This document shows, one piece after another, positions 9,288-19,367 of a DNA stretch of 64,000 nt (position 1 is its first letter; each line of letters opens with the position of its first letter). The translations under genes and the position numbers were made by a program. The notes under the pieces are model-generated. The model saw only the letters and a list, made by a program, of their open reading frames with translations, ran no database searches and was not told the origin of the DNA. The DNA is from an uncultured Lachnospiraceae bacterium (lineage in GTDB: Bacteria; Bacillota; Clostridia; Lachnospirales; Lachnospiraceae). The DNA is taken from positions 14,894 to 78,893 of the forward strand of contig CAMBLG010000008.1 of the NCBI GenBank assembly GCA_945868435.1. Direction: 5' to 3'.

Positions 9288-11018
9288 CTACATATGCATA
9301 TGATACAGCTTCTCGTACACGCCACCCTTTCTTAGAAGCTCCTCGTGCGTGCCGGACTCCGCAATTCCCTCCTCCGTCAGCACCAGGATTTTCTCGGCAT
9401 TCTGGATGGTGGTAAGACGGTGTGCAATGACAAAAGTCGTCCGGTTCTTTGCCAGCTTCTCCAACGAGTCCTGCACAACCTTCTCACTCTCGTTGTCCAG
9501 AGCCGAGGTCGCCTCGTCAAAGATCAGGATCGGCGGATTCTTTAAGAACACCCGGGCGATGGACAGACGCTGCTTCTGCCCTCCGGAAAGCTTGATACCC
9601 CGCTGTCCGATATCGGTCTCGTATCCGTCCGGGAAGGACATAATAAATTCATGTGCATTGGCATTCTTTGCCGCCTCAATCACTTCCGCTTCCGTGGCAT
9701 CGGGCTTTCCGTAACGGATATTTTCCATGATAGTTCCGGCAAACAGATACACATCCTGCTGGACCATACCAATCTGATCCCGTAAACTCTTCAACGTCAC
9801 CTTGCGGATATCCTGTCCATCCACAAGAATCCTTCCGTCTGTCACATCATAAAACCGCGGGATCAGAGAACACAGTGTGGTCTTACCGGCACCTGATGAT
9901 CCAACCAACGCCATGTAGGCACCTGCCGGCACCTGAAGATTGATGTGGTTCAGCACATTTTCCTGATTCTCCTGATACTGGAAGGACACATTCTCAAAGG
10001 TGATATCTTCTTTTACATGTGGAAGAACCACAGCATCCTTCGCGTCCTCTATATCCGGCTGAATGTTCATAATCTCGCGAAACCGCTCAAAGCCCGTGTA
10101 TCCATTCTGAAACTGCTCGGTAAAATCCACCAGCGTGCGGATTGGATCCGTGAACACACCAATATAGAGCAAAAATGTAATGAGGTCGCTGATGTCAACC
10201 TTCTGGTAGGCAATCAGAATTCCACCCACTAAAATGACATTAACCTGGATCAGCGTAGTGAACACACCAACCCCCGCCTGAAAACTTCCCATATAGTGAT
10301 AGCTGTTCTTCTTTGCCGCCAGAAATCCGTCATTTCCGATCTTGAACTTTTCTGCCTCTATGTCCTCGTTGGCAAAAGACTTTACCACACGAATGCCGGA
10401 CAGGTTATCCTCAATCTGTGCATTGATCTCCGCAATCTTTTCCCGGTTGCGTTTGAAGGCGCCTCTCATTTTCTTATTCAACAAAAACGCAAAGGCAAAC
10501 ATAAACGGAAGGACAATAAAGGCTGCCAAAACCAGCCATCCGTTGATATTCATTAAAATGACAAAAGCTCCTACAATCTTAAGCACAGAAAGAATGATAT
10601 TCTCCGGACCATGATGCAACAGCTCTGTAATGTCAAACAGATCCGACGTAATACGACTCATAAGCTGTCCGACCTTCGCATCGTCATAGAAGGAAAAAGA
10701 GAGCTTCTGCATATGCTCGAATATTTCCTGCCGCATATCATACTCCATCTTTGCCCCCATCACATGTCCGTAATTGCCTATGAAAAAGCGGCTGTAGCAG
10801 TCTACTGCCAGCAGTACAAACAGGCCGATTGCAATATAGACCATCTGGTGAAGGATTACATCCGCTTCACAGTAGATCAGCGTGGAGGTCACATACCGCA
10901 CCACCAGAGGGATGACCAGAGCCACTCCGGCAGACAGCGTTGCAAAAAACATATCTGCCCAAAAGATATGCAGATATGGCTTATAGTAACTGATCATTTT
11001 CTTCAAATTCTGTCTCAT
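9288..11018 (-). CDS. ABC exporter, fused permease and ATP-binding domains
   Basis: N-terminal TM domain, GSSGAGKT, LSGGQKQR, DEATSALD; start at ATG 11018 after AAGGAG. Confidence 0.93.
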   Translation of the reverse strand: MRQNLKKMISYYKPYLHIFWADMFFATLSAGVALVIPLVVRYVTSTLIYCEADVILHQMVYIAIGLFVLLAVDCYSRFFIGNYGHVMGAKMEYDMRQEIFEHMQKLSFSFYDDAKVGQLMSRITSDLFDITELLHHGPENIILSVLKIVGAFVILMNINGWLVLAAFIVLPFMFAFAFLLNKKMRGAFKRNREKIAEINAQIEDNLSGIRVVKSFANEDIEAEKFKIGNDGFLAAKKNSYHYMGSFQAGVGVFTTLIQVNVILVGGILIAYQKVDISDLITFLLYIGVFTDPIRTLVDFTEQFQNGYTGFERFREIMNIQPDIEDAKDAVVLPHVKEDITFENVSFQYQENQENVLNHINLQVPAGAYMALVGSSGAGKTTLCSLIPRFYDVTDGRILVDGQDIRKVTLKSLRDQIGMVQQDVYLFAGTIMENIRYGKPDATEAEVIEAAKNANAHEFIMSFPDGYETDIGQRGIKLSGGQKQRLSIARVFLKNPPILIFDEATSALDNESEKVVQDSLEKLAKNRTTFVIAHRLTTIQNAEKILVLTEEGIAESGTHEELLRKGGVYEKLYHMHM

Positions 11019-11141
11019 TCCAAACTCCTTTCGCATGGTTTTTTATTTTACCAAGTTATTTCCTTCTTGTCAAAATTTCATAAGAGCATTATTCTATTCA
11101 TGAATCATCTTTTTTATACAAAATCTATGGAGGAATGACCT

Positions 11142-11780
11142 ATGAACATTCGCGAAACATACAATGCCAAACTTGCCGACACCGTAATCGGCAACCTGAA
11201 AAAGCGCCAGATTGAAGCCGTGTACTGCGCTACCGCACAGGAGGCCTGCACCACTGCCCTGTCCTATGTAAACCCAGGGGACAGCGTATCCTTCGGCGGT
11301 TCCATGACCTTAGAAGAGGCCGGAATCCTCAGTGCCCTGCGGGATCGGTCCGATATCGCACTGATCGACCGGGCGAAGGCCCAGACCCCGGATGAAACCG
11401 CTAAAATGTATCACGATGCGCTGTCCTGCAACCGATATTTTATGAGTGCCAACGCCATCACCCAAAGCGGTGAGCTTGTGAACATTGACGGCAACGGCAA
11501 CCGCCTGGCGGCCCTGATCTATGGCCCGGAGCAGGTAATTGTCGTGGCAGGAATGAACAAGATCGTACCGACTGTCACGGATGCTGTGGATCGGGTTCGA
11601 AACACTGCGACTCCCTTAAACTGCATTCGCTTAAACCGGGCCACCCCCTGTGCTTCCACCGGTGTATGCGCGGACTGCCTGTCTTCGGACTGCATCTGCA
11701 ACCAGATCGTAGTTACAAGGCGCAGCGGTAATCCCGATCGGATTAAGGTGATCCTTGTGGGAGAAGTCCTGGGTTATTAA
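11142..11780 (+). CDS. LUD-domain (lactate utilization family) protein
   Basis: GGSMTL, SANAIT, NIDGNGNR, GPEQVIVVAGMNKIV and a Cys-rich C-terminus; GGAGG RBS. Confidence 0.85.
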   Translation: MNIRETYNAKLADTVIGNLKKRQIEAVYCATAQEACTTALSYVNPGDSVSFGGSMTLEEAGILSALRDRSDIALIDRAKAQTPDETAKMYHDALSCNRYFMSANAITQSGELVNIDGNGNRLAALIYGPEQVIVVAGMNKIVPTVTDAVDRVRNTATPLNCIRLNRATPCASTGVCADCLSSDCICNQIVVTRRSGNPDRIKVILVGEVLGY

Positions 11781-11798
11781 GGAAATTAGTATCTATTA

Positions 11799-11830
11799 AA
11801 AAATACCCCCGGGAATCTCCCGGGGGTATT
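11799..11830. terminator. Terminator between the convergent LUD gene and rpsU
   Basis: AATACCCCCGGG-aatct-CCCGGGGGTATT stem with an A run on the left (U tract on the minus strand). Confidence 0.85.
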
Positions 11831-11840
11831 GATCACAACT

Positions 11841-12017
11841 TTAGTTGTATTTTCTTTTTCTAGCAGCTTCAGACTTCTTCTTGCGCTTAACGCTTGGCTT
11901 CTCGTAATGCTCACGCTTACGAATCTCCTGCTGGATACCAGCCTTCGCACAGTTTCTCTTGAAACGACGTAATGCGCTATCTAAAGTCTCATTCTCTTTT
12001 ACGATTACACTAGACAT
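11841..12017 (-). CDS. rpsU: 30S ribosomal protein S21
   Basis: Not in the ORF track (58 aa). Translation [58 protein letters not shown]; GGAGGGAGG RBS. Confidence 0.98.
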   Translation of the reverse strand: MSSVIVKENETLDSALRRFKRNCAKAGIQQEIRKREHYEKPSVKRKKKSEAARKRKYN

Positions 12018-12088
12018 CTACACCTAACCTCCCTCCAGTTGCGATATTGTGCATCAACTGTAAGGTAATCTGAATTGCACTATCGAAT

Positions 12089-12116
12089 ATTTTATCAAAA
12101 AATCCGCATTTGTCAA
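12089..12116 (-). promoter_or_regulatory. SigA promoter of rpsU
   Basis: TTGACA-16 bp-TAAAAT with an extended -10 TG. Confidence 0.65.
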
Positions 12117-12174
12117 TAGATTTTACAAATTTCATGTAAAAACCATCCAACACCTGAAGCGGACCGTAACCGGA

Positions 12175-12366
12175 TTACAGCTTGGTGAAAATTGCGGTCT
12201 CATTCATAGAATTCTTTAGGGTATCCGTGCGCTGTTTAAACTCACCCATCACACCCTCTATATTCTGATCGATTGCATCGGAATAATCTGAAATTGCCCC
12301 ATTGGCAAGGGAATAGGCCCCTTCATTATTGCCGGCGGCACTGTAGGCCATAAGATTCTCACTCAT
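12175..12366 (-). pseudogene. Possible remnant of a methyl-accepting chemotaxis gene
   Basis: 63-codon frame with no clear RBS. LMAYSAAGNNEGAYSLANGAISDY and IEGVMGEFKQRTDTLKNSM resemble separate parts of clostridial MCPs by eye only. Confidence 0.3.
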
Positions 12367-12385
12367 ACCATTTTGTAAAGGTATG

Positions 12386-12429
12386 AAAAGCCCCACTCTT
12401 CTATTTTTCACAAAAGAATGGGGCTTTTT
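12386..12429. terminator. Terminator after alaS
   Basis: AAAAGCCCCA...TGGGGCTTTT inverted repeat with flanking A and T runs. Confidence 0.75.
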
Positions 12430-12457
12430 GCTTGCATTTTGTTCAATTTTACCAGTT

Positions 12458-15148
12458 TTAAGAAAGCATACCTTCCAAGGCTCCGGTAGCTGCCGCAATC
12501 GCCTCCGGGATACCTGCCGGATTCTTTCCTCCTGCCTGAGCCATATTTGGACGTCCGCCGCCGCCTCCTCCGACAAGACCGGCGATCGCCTTGATCAGAT
12601 TTCCTGCATGCGCTCCCTGCTTCATGGCTGCATCTGTAGCCATGGCAATCAGGTTCACTTTTCCGTCACATTCAGAAGCAAGTACCACAACGCCCTCACC
12701 AAGCTTATCCTTCAACTGATCTCCCAGTTCTCTGAGTCCGTTCATATCGACACCTGCCACACTGGTAGCAAGAAGCTTCACGCCTTTTACCTCTGTGACA
12801 CGGTCCATCACATCTCCCAGAGCCTCCTTGGCAGCCTTGCTCTTCAAGGATTCATTCTCACTCTGCAATGCCTTCATCTCTGCCATCAGCTTCTCCAGAC
12901 GATCCTTTAAGTTCGCCGGAGTTGCCTTGACAACCTTGGCAGCCTCATGGAATTCTTCCTCCAGTTTTGCATAATACTGAAGTACATTTCCACCGGTCAA
13001 TGCCTCAATACGACGTGTTCCCGCTGCGACACCGCTCTCGGAAATAATCTTGAACGCACCGATATCACCGGTGTTCTTCACATGGGTACCACCACAGAAT
13101 TCTTTCGAGAAATCCCCCATAGAAACAACACGAACTGTCTCTCCGTACTTCTCTCCGAAAAGTGCAATGGCACCGGTCTTCTTTGCCTCATCTACCGTCA
13201 TCACTTCTGTGACAACCGGAATCTTCTCTGCAATCTTCTCATTGACCAGCTTCTCAACCTTTGCCAGTTCTTCCTGAGTCATAGCAGAAAAATGGCTGAA
13301 GTCGAATCTGGTTCGTTCCGGATCCTGGTAGGAACCTGCCTGCTCAACATGTGTACCCAGTACCTCACGCAGTGCCTTCTGTAATAAATGGGTTGCAGAA
13401 TGATTGCTGCAGGTCTGCGCGCGCAGCTTTTCATCCACAGACAGGCGAACCTCCTCTCCCATGGAGATCATACCGGATTCCATATAGCCGACATGTCCGT
13501 ATTTATTACCGACAAGCTTCACAGTATCCTCCACAACAAACTTGCCGTTGCCGGTCTCAATTACACCCTTATCTCCCTGCTGGCCACCCATGGTCGCATA
13601 GAATGGGGTCTTTTCCACAACAATGGTTCCGTGCTCACCCTCTGCAATGGCGTCAGCTAATGCAGAAACCGCAGCACCTTCTCCATTGTCGGCAGCTGTG
13701 GCAATAACCGTAACCTTTGATGTACAGACCAGATTGTCATAACCGACAAACTCCGTTACAATTGCCGGATCCACCTGCTCGAATACGGTTGCGTCAGCAC
13801 CCATATAATTGGTCACCTTGCGGGCATTGCGGGCACGGGTTCTCTGTTCCTCCATGCATGCGTGAAATCCCGCTTCATCATAAGAGAATCCCTTCTCCTC
13901 CAAAATCTCAGCTGTCAGATCTACCGGGAATCCGTAGGTATCATAAAGCTTAAAGGTATCTTCACCGGAAAGTACCTTGGTTCCATTCTTCTCCATGTCC
14001 GCCATCATATCGGAAAGGATTGCAAGTCCCTGATCGATCGTCTTGTTGAAGCTCTTCTCCTCCTCGGTCAGAATCTTAAAGATATAATCCTTCTTCTCTT
14101 CCAGCTCGGAATATCCATCCTTGCTCTGGTTAATAACGGTCTCAGACAATTTTGCCAGAAACAGTCCGTCAATGCCAAGCATTCTGCCATGTCTTGCGGC
14201 ACGGCGGATCAGACGGCGAAGTACATATCCTCTTCCCTCATTGGACGGACGCACGCCATCGGATACCAAAAACGTTGAAGAGCGGATATGATCCGTGATC
14301 AGACGAATGGATACGTCATCCATCGCATCCGTATGATATGTCTTGCCTGACATCTCACAGATCTTGTCCCGGATAGCCTTCATGGTATCAATGTCAAATA
14401 CAGAATCCACATCCTGCATTACCACTGCAAGACGCTCCAATCCCATACCGGTATCGATATTCTTCTGGGCCAGTTCCGTATAACCGCCCTTACCGTCTCC
14501 CTCAAACTGAGTGAATACGTTGTTCCACACCTCCATAAAGCGGTCACACTCACAGCCCACTTTACAGTTCGGGTCTCCGCAGCCATACTTTTCACCGCGG
14601 TCATAATAGATCTCGGAACACGGTCCGCAAGGTCCTGCACCATGCTCCCAGAAGTTATCGCACTCTCCGGTCACCGGATCACGATAGAACCGGGTAATCC
14701 GATCCTCCGGAATGCCGATCTCCTTGTTCCAGATCTCAAACGCCTCATCATCCTCACCATAGATGGACGGATACAGGCGATCCTTCTCCAGACCAAGCAC
14801 CTCAGTCAAAAATTCCCATGACCAGGCAATTGCCTCATGCTTAAAGTAATCTCCAAAAGAAAAATTGCCAAGCATCTCAAAAAAGGTAAGATGTCTTGCT
14901 GTCTTACCGACATTCTCAATATCACCGGTCCGCACACACTTCTGGCATGTGGTGACGCGTCGTCTCGGTGGAATCTCCTGTCCCGTAAAATAAGGCTTGA
15001 GCGGTGCCATACCCGCATTGATCAACAGAAGACTGTTATCGTTGTGCGGGACAAGCGAAAAGCTCTTCATTGCAAGATGATCCTTGCTCTCAAAAAATTC
15101 CAGATACATCCGGCGCAGTTCATTCACGCCATAACTCTTTTTCATCAC
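12458..15148 (-). CDS. alaS: Alanine--tRNA ligase
   Basis: NAGMAPLKPYF, RHLTFFEMLGNFSFGDYFK, GPCGPCSEI, HSATHLL, FCGGTHV, GGGGRP. Confidence 0.99.
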   Translation of the reverse strand: MMKKSYGVNELRRMYLEFFESKDHLAMKSFSLVPHNDNSLLLINAGMAPLKPYFTGQEIPPRRRVTTCQKCVRTGDIENVGKTARHLTFFEMLGNFSFGDYFKHEAIAWSWEFLTEVLGLEKDRLYPSIYGEDDEAFEIWNKEIGIPEDRITRFYRDPVTGECDNFWEHGAGPCGPCSEIYYDRGEKYGCGDPNCKVGCECDRFMEVWNNVFTQFEGDGKGGYTELAQKNIDTGMGLERLAVVMQDVDSVFDIDTMKAIRDKICEMSGKTYHTDAMDDVSIRLITDHIRSSTFLVSDGVRPSNEGRGYVLRRLIRRAARHGRMLGIDGLFLAKLSETVINQSKDGYSELEEKKDYIFKILTEEEKSFNKTIDQGLAILSDMMADMEKNGTKVLSGEDTFKLYDTYGFPVDLTAEILEEKGFSYDEAGFHACMEEQRTRARNARKVTNYMGADATVFEQVDPAIVTEFVGYDNLVCTSKVTVIATAADNGEGAAVSALADAIAEGEHGTIVVEKTPFYATMGGQQGDKGVIETGNGKFVVEDTVKLVGNKYGHVGYMESGMISMGEEVRLSVDEKLRAQTCSNHSATHLLQKALREVLGTHVEQAGSYQDPERTRFDFSHFSAMTQEELAKVEKLVNEKIAEKIPVVTEVMTVDEAKKTGAIALFGEKYGETVRVVSMGDFSKEFCGGTHVKNTGDIGAFKIISESGVAAGTRRIEALTGGNVLQYYAKLEEEFHEAAKVVKATPANLKDRLEKLMAEMKALQSENESLKSKAAKEALGDVMDRVTEVKGVKLLATSVAGVDMNGLRELGDQLKDKLGEGVVVLASECDGKVNLIAMATDAAMKQGAHAGNLIKAIAGLVGGGGGGRPNMAQAGGKNPAGIPEAIAAATGALEGMLS

Positions 15149-15183
15149 TCGTTTCCTCCATCTAACTTATACTGCGCAATCTG

Positions 15184-15348
15184 TTACTTTCCGGCACCTT
15201 CCGGCAATTCCTCCGCTTTTGCAGACGCTGCCTTTGCATCCTTCGACTTGCGCAATTTGATTCCGATAAATCCACCAAGTATTCCGATTCCGGCCAGAAT
15301 GACCATGATAATCACATACTGGACAATACACAATAGAAAATCAACCAT
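15184..15348 (-). CDS. Small single-TM membrane protein (54 aa)
   Basis: GGAGG RBS, hydrophobic helix followed by a Lys-rich tail; co-oriented upstream of alaS. Confidence 0.7.
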   Translation of the reverse strand: MVDFLLCIVQYVIIMVILAGIGILGGFIGIKLRKSKDAKAASAKAEELPEGAGK

Positions 15349-15415
15349 CCCATTACCTCCTATGTTCCGTGGCTTGTACCACTTCCACAACTATCTTATT
15401 ATATATGAACTTATT

Positions 15416-16180
15416 TCATAATTCAAGTAGTCCGTCAAAGTCAAACACCTGATTCTCCCCAGTGATATCCATGAGCCTGTCTGCCATACCCGAATTCGGG
15501 ATGCGCTTTTTGTACTCCTCAATGCCGGAATAATCCTGCCACATGTGCATCGGAAACACATACTTTGCATCGGTATTCTTCAGGAAAAAGTCCATGCCGG
15601 CCCATTGGTGCTGCCCAAGCCTTGGGTCCATTGGCACAAAAGCCACATCAATCGGGCGTTCGGCAAGTTTCTTGATCTCATGCTGATAGGTTCTTCTCAT
15701 TTTGCCGTTGATCAGGTCTCCTGCCCCCTCCATACGCCAGTCGTTCAGGTCTCCCGCATGGAACAGCTTTACCCCGTCCGAAATCACATAAAAAGCCACT
15801 CCGGCATCCGTCGACTGTAATGTGTAAATCTCAAGATCGTCCACCTCGAAATGCTTGTCCGGATTCACAAAGGTCACGCGCTCCCGGACCGCCGGATCGA
15901 TCCCGTGCTTGCGCAAAAAGTTGGGACTGATACGGATATCCTTCGATAAAATATAATGAATATTTGCAAATCGTTCACTTAGGCGCAGAATATCCAAATC
16001 AAAATGATCCTGATGGCTGTGGCTGGCAAACAGATACAGCCGCGTATCCGGTGCATAATCCGGAAGACGGCCTGCAAAATGATAGCCATTGACCCGCTCC
16101 CCATCGAAGTAATCAAATACAAGCACCTTATCTGCAAGCTCCACTGCAAAGCAGCTGTGATGAATAAACCTTATCTGCAT
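15416..16180 (-). CDS. MBL-fold metallo-hydrolase
   Basis: HSHQDH (HxHxDH), FHAGD, PMH motifs. Confidence 0.88.
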   Translation of the reverse strand: MQIRFIHHSCFAVELADKVLVFDYFDGERVNGYHFAGRLPDYAPDTRLYLFASHSHQDHFDLDILRLSERFANIHYILSKDIRISPNFLRKHGIDPAVRERVTFVNPDKHFEVDDLEIYTLQSTDAGVAFYVISDGVKLFHAGDLNDWRMEGAGDLINGKMRRTYQHEIKKLAERPIDVAFVPMDPRLGQHQWAGMDFFLKNTDAKYVFPMHMWQDYSGIEEYKKRIPNSGMADRLMDITGENQVFDFDGLLEL

Positions 16181-17007
16181 GTTTTTCCAATCTCCTCTAT
16201 TGTTCGCGTGACAAGCGCCTTAAACTGCGGTGCCACCTTATCTGCCGCCTCCTGAACCTCCTTGTGCGACAGCGGTACCGGAGAAATTCCGCAGGCCAGG
16301 TTGGAGATACAGGATATCCCCACGATCTTCATTCCCATATGGTTGGCTGCTACCGCCTCACAGGCCGTACTCATGCCCACGGCATCCGCCCCCAGCGACC
16401 TTGCCATGGCGACTTCCTGCGGAGATTCATAGGCCGGCCCCGTGAACTGCAGATACGTGCCTTCCTTTAGATCTATGGAAAGCTCCGCCGCACACTTACG
16501 CACAATTTGAATAAGATCCCGGTTGTAGATCTCACTCATATCCGGGAAACGAGGTCCCAGCTCGTCCAGATTCGCCCCGATCAATGGCGATGGAACGAAG
16601 CTTGCGATCTGCCCGGTGATCAGCATCAGGTCTCCACTGTGCATTCCCAGCTGCACACCGCCTGCCGCATTGGTTAAAAACAAGACCTGTGCGCCCATGA
16701 GTTTCATCAGCCGTGCCGGCAATACCACATCACTCATGGGATAGCCCTCATAATAATGGACGCGTCCCTGCATGCAGACTACAGGCACGTCCCCCACATA
16801 GCCAAATATAAACTGTCCCTTATGCCCCGGAACCGTAGACACCGGGAAACCCTCGATATCATGGTAATCCAGTGTGGCTTCCACGCGTATGCTCTCCGCG
16901 TAATCCCCCAGTCCTGACCCAAGCACAAGGGCCACCTGCGGTGTAAAATCAATTTGTTTCCTGACACTGTCATAGCATCGCATCAGTTTTTCGTATACCT
17001 CACCCAT
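16171..17007 (-). CDS. punA: Purine-nucleoside phosphorylase (trimeric type)
   Basis: LGSGLG, STVPGH, QGRVHYYEGY, TNAAGG, VGMST. Confidence 0.93.
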   Translation of the reverse strand: MGEVYEKLMRCYDSVRKQIDFTPQVALVLGSGLGDYAESIRVEATLDYHDIEGFPVSTVPGHKGQFIFGYVGDVPVVCMQGRVHYYEGYPMSDVVLPARLMKLMGAQVLFLTNAAGGVQLGMHSGDLMLITGQIASFVPSPLIGANLDELGPRFPDMSEIYNRDLIQIVRKCAAELSIDLKEGTYLQFTGPAYESPQEVAMARSLGADAVGMSTACEAVAANHMGMKIVGISCISNLACGISPVPLSHKEVQEAADKVAPQFKALVTRTIEEIGKTCR

Positions 17008-17032
17008 CTGTTATCCTCCGTTTCATTTCAAA

Positions 17033-17686
17033 CTACTTTTCTTCAAAAAATCTCTGAATATGTCTGCTGACCCATGCAGCCACCGGTCCAATGGCAAAAG
17101 CCATAATAATGGTCACGATACCGACAACGCCTCCGATTGCAAATCCGATTACCGTCACCGCGCAATCCCAGATCATCCGCACCACCCGAAAGGAGAACTG
17201 CTCCTTTGCATCTGCAATAATAAAAGGCATGGCATCGTAAGGAGCGGTTCCCAGATCCACTGACATGTATACTGCCACCGCCAATATGAACATTGCCAGC
17301 ATGACCACCATGAGTACAAGCCTGAGTCCAAGGCTCATGGATTCCAGCGTAAGTTGTGGCCAAAGCCGTTGGCGCAGCCATGTCATAAAATCACAGGCAT
17401 ACCCCACACAGATCATGTTGAACAGCGTACCAAATCCGATTTTCGAGTGGTCTTTGACAATCACAATGACAAAAAGCACCGTGTTAAAGATGACCAGCCA
17501 GTTTCCATAGCTCATATGAATCCTCTCTGCGATCGCCAGATTCATAACTGAATAGGGATCAGTTCCCAGATGGATCAGATTGAGCCAGGACACTCCAAAC
17601 CCCATAATGCAAACAGCAAGGAAGCAGAATAACATCCGCTTCCAGAAATGGGGTTTCTGATACATCCCCTGAATAAATTCTCTCAC
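17033..17686 (-). CDS. YczE/YyaS/YitT-family membrane protein
   Basis: Duplicated LGTDPY / LGTAPYD motifs and multiple TM helices. Confidence 0.8.
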   Translation of the reverse strand: MREFIQGMYQKPHFWKRMLFCFLAVCIMGFGVSWLNLIHLGTDPYSVMNLAIAERIHMSYGNWLVIFNTVLFVIVIVKDHSKIGFGTLFNMICVGYACDFMTWLRQRLWPQLTLESMSLGLRLVLMVVMLAMFILAVAVYMSVDLGTAPYDAMPFIIADAKEQFSFRVVRMIWDCAVTVIGFAIGGVVGIVTIIMAFAIGPVAAWVSRHIQRFFEEK

Positions 17687-17778
17687 ATTCTCTCCTCTGT
17701 ACTTTAAGCAAATTCTTTTTCTTTTTAGTATAACAGATATCGTCCAGAAATAAAGCTAAAATATTCTGTTTCTATGTA

Positions 17779-19287
17779 TCAAATAATAATGCAGATCATT
17801 CCACCATTGCTGTCATTCACGATTTTCTGCATGGTGTCCTGCAGCTTCAACTGACACTCGTCATCCATCTGCATAATTTTGCTTCGGATTCCGTCTTCCA
17901 TCAATTCTCCCACAGATTTTCCGAATATGTTGGTGGTCCACAAGCCCTCGCCGCTCTCTTCCCCCGCCTTAATATATTCAATCAGGTCTTTTGCCTGCTC
18001 TTCACTGCCTACAATCGGAGCAATCTCCGTCTCGATATTGGCTTTGATCATATGGATGGAAGGAGAAATTGCACGCATTTTTACGCCGTATTTACCACCG
18101 TGCTGGATCAGAACCGGGTCCTCCATCTTGATGTCCGCCAGCCCCGGCATCACGACCCCGTATCCTTTCTGTTCCACTGCATACATGGCATCTTTTACCT
18201 TTTCATAATCGGCTTTCATAGCAGACAAGCCCCGCAGCATGGAAATCATCTGATATTCCCCGGTAATCTGTACCCCGGTCATATCGCTGATATACGCAAA
18301 ATAGTACTTGTCATCAACCTCCATGCGGACGGTCACCGTTCCGGTGGACAGATTCATTCCGGCGATCTGAATCGCCCCTACCGGCTTTTCCTCCATGTAA
18401 AACGCCTCTTTTGTCCGTTCTCCTGACAGTGCATGCACATCCTTCACCTTATCGATTTTTGCAAGCATCCCAAGAGCAGCATCCAGAATCGACGCTTTGA
18501 TGGGATGTTCCCTGGGAAGCATCTCTGTCCACTTGGGAATAAAAAAATCCATTTGTGTCACCGGAAATTCCAGCAGAATTGCATTCATAATATTGGTCAC
18601 ATCTTCACGATGCATCTGCTGGCAGTTGACCGGAATCACCACCGCCTGATACGTCTGCTCCATGGCTTCTGCCAACCGTCTTGTCTCCTCACTGTAAGGT
18701 CTGGCACAGTTCAATACGATGACATACGGTTTGCCGATCTCCCGGATTTCCTCAATGGTGGCACGCTCCGCTTCCAGATAGCTTTCCCTTGGCAGTTCAC
18801 CGATGGTTCCATCCGTTGTGATCACAACGCCGATGGTTGCATGGTCCCGAATAACCTTCTTCGTCCCTACCCGGGCAGCATCCACAAAGGGAATTTCTTC
18901 CTCAAACCAGGGCGTCTTGACCATCCGGTTCTCGTCCCCCTCCATATGCCCACTGGCGCCTTCCACCATAAAGCCGACACAGTCGATCAGACGCACCCGA
19001 ATATCACTCTGATCCGCCAGTGTGATGGTTGCCGCCTCCTGGGGAATAAACTTAGGCTCCGTAGTCATAATCGTCTTGCCTGCTGCAGACTGCGGCAGTT
19101 CATCCATCGCACGCTGTCTTACATTCTCATCTTCTATGTACGGAAGCACGAACAGATCCATAAAGCGTTTGATGAATGTGGACTTTCCGGTCCTCACCGG
19201 TCCGACAACACCAATGTAGATTTCGCCTTTCGTCCTTCCCTGGATGTCTTTATATAAGTCAAAATCTTTATTTTCCCTGCTATCCAT
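17779..19287 (-). CDS. spoIVA: Stage IV sporulation protein A
   Basis: GEIYIGVVGPVRTGKSTFIKRFM, DELPQS..GKTIMTTEPKF, C-terminal GGMICIII. Confidence 0.98.
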   Translation of the reverse strand: MDSRENKDFDLYKDIQGRTKGEIYIGVVGPVRTGKSTFIKRFMDLFVLPYIEDENVRQRAMDELPQSAAGKTIMTTEPKFIPQEAATITLADQSDIRVRLIDCVGFMVEGASGHMEGDENRMVKTPWFEEEIPFVDAARVGTKKVIRDHATIGVVITTDGTIGELPRESYLEAERATIEEIREIGKPYVIVLNCARPYSEETRRLAEAMEQTYQAVVIPVNCQQMHREDVTNIMNAILLEFPVTQMDFFIPKWTEMLPREHPIKASILDAALGMLAKIDKVKDVHALSGERTKEAFYMEEKPVGAIQIAGMNLSTGTVTVRMEVDDKYYFAYISDMTGVQITGEYQMISMLRGLSAMKADYEKVKDAMYAVEQKGYGVVMPGLADIKMEDPVLIQHGGKYGVKMRAISPSIHMIKANIETEIAPIVGSEEQAKDLIEYIKAGEESGEGLWTTNIFGKSVGELMEDGIRSKIMQMDDECQLKLQDTMQKIVNDSNGGMICIII

Positions 19288-19293
19288 AAAAAG

Positions 19294-19343
19294 TCCCCCT
19301 TCTCATATATTGCTAATATATGAAAAGGGGGATACGTTTATTC
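19294..19343 (-). promoter_or_regulatory. SigE-like promoter of spoIVA overlapping an 18-bp-arm inverted repeat
   Basis: Minus strand gAATAAAcgtatccccctttt-CATATATT; the inverted repeat covers both the -10 element and the RBS. Confidence 0.65.
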
Positions 19344-19367
19344 CTTCATTTCTTTCATACCGGACTA

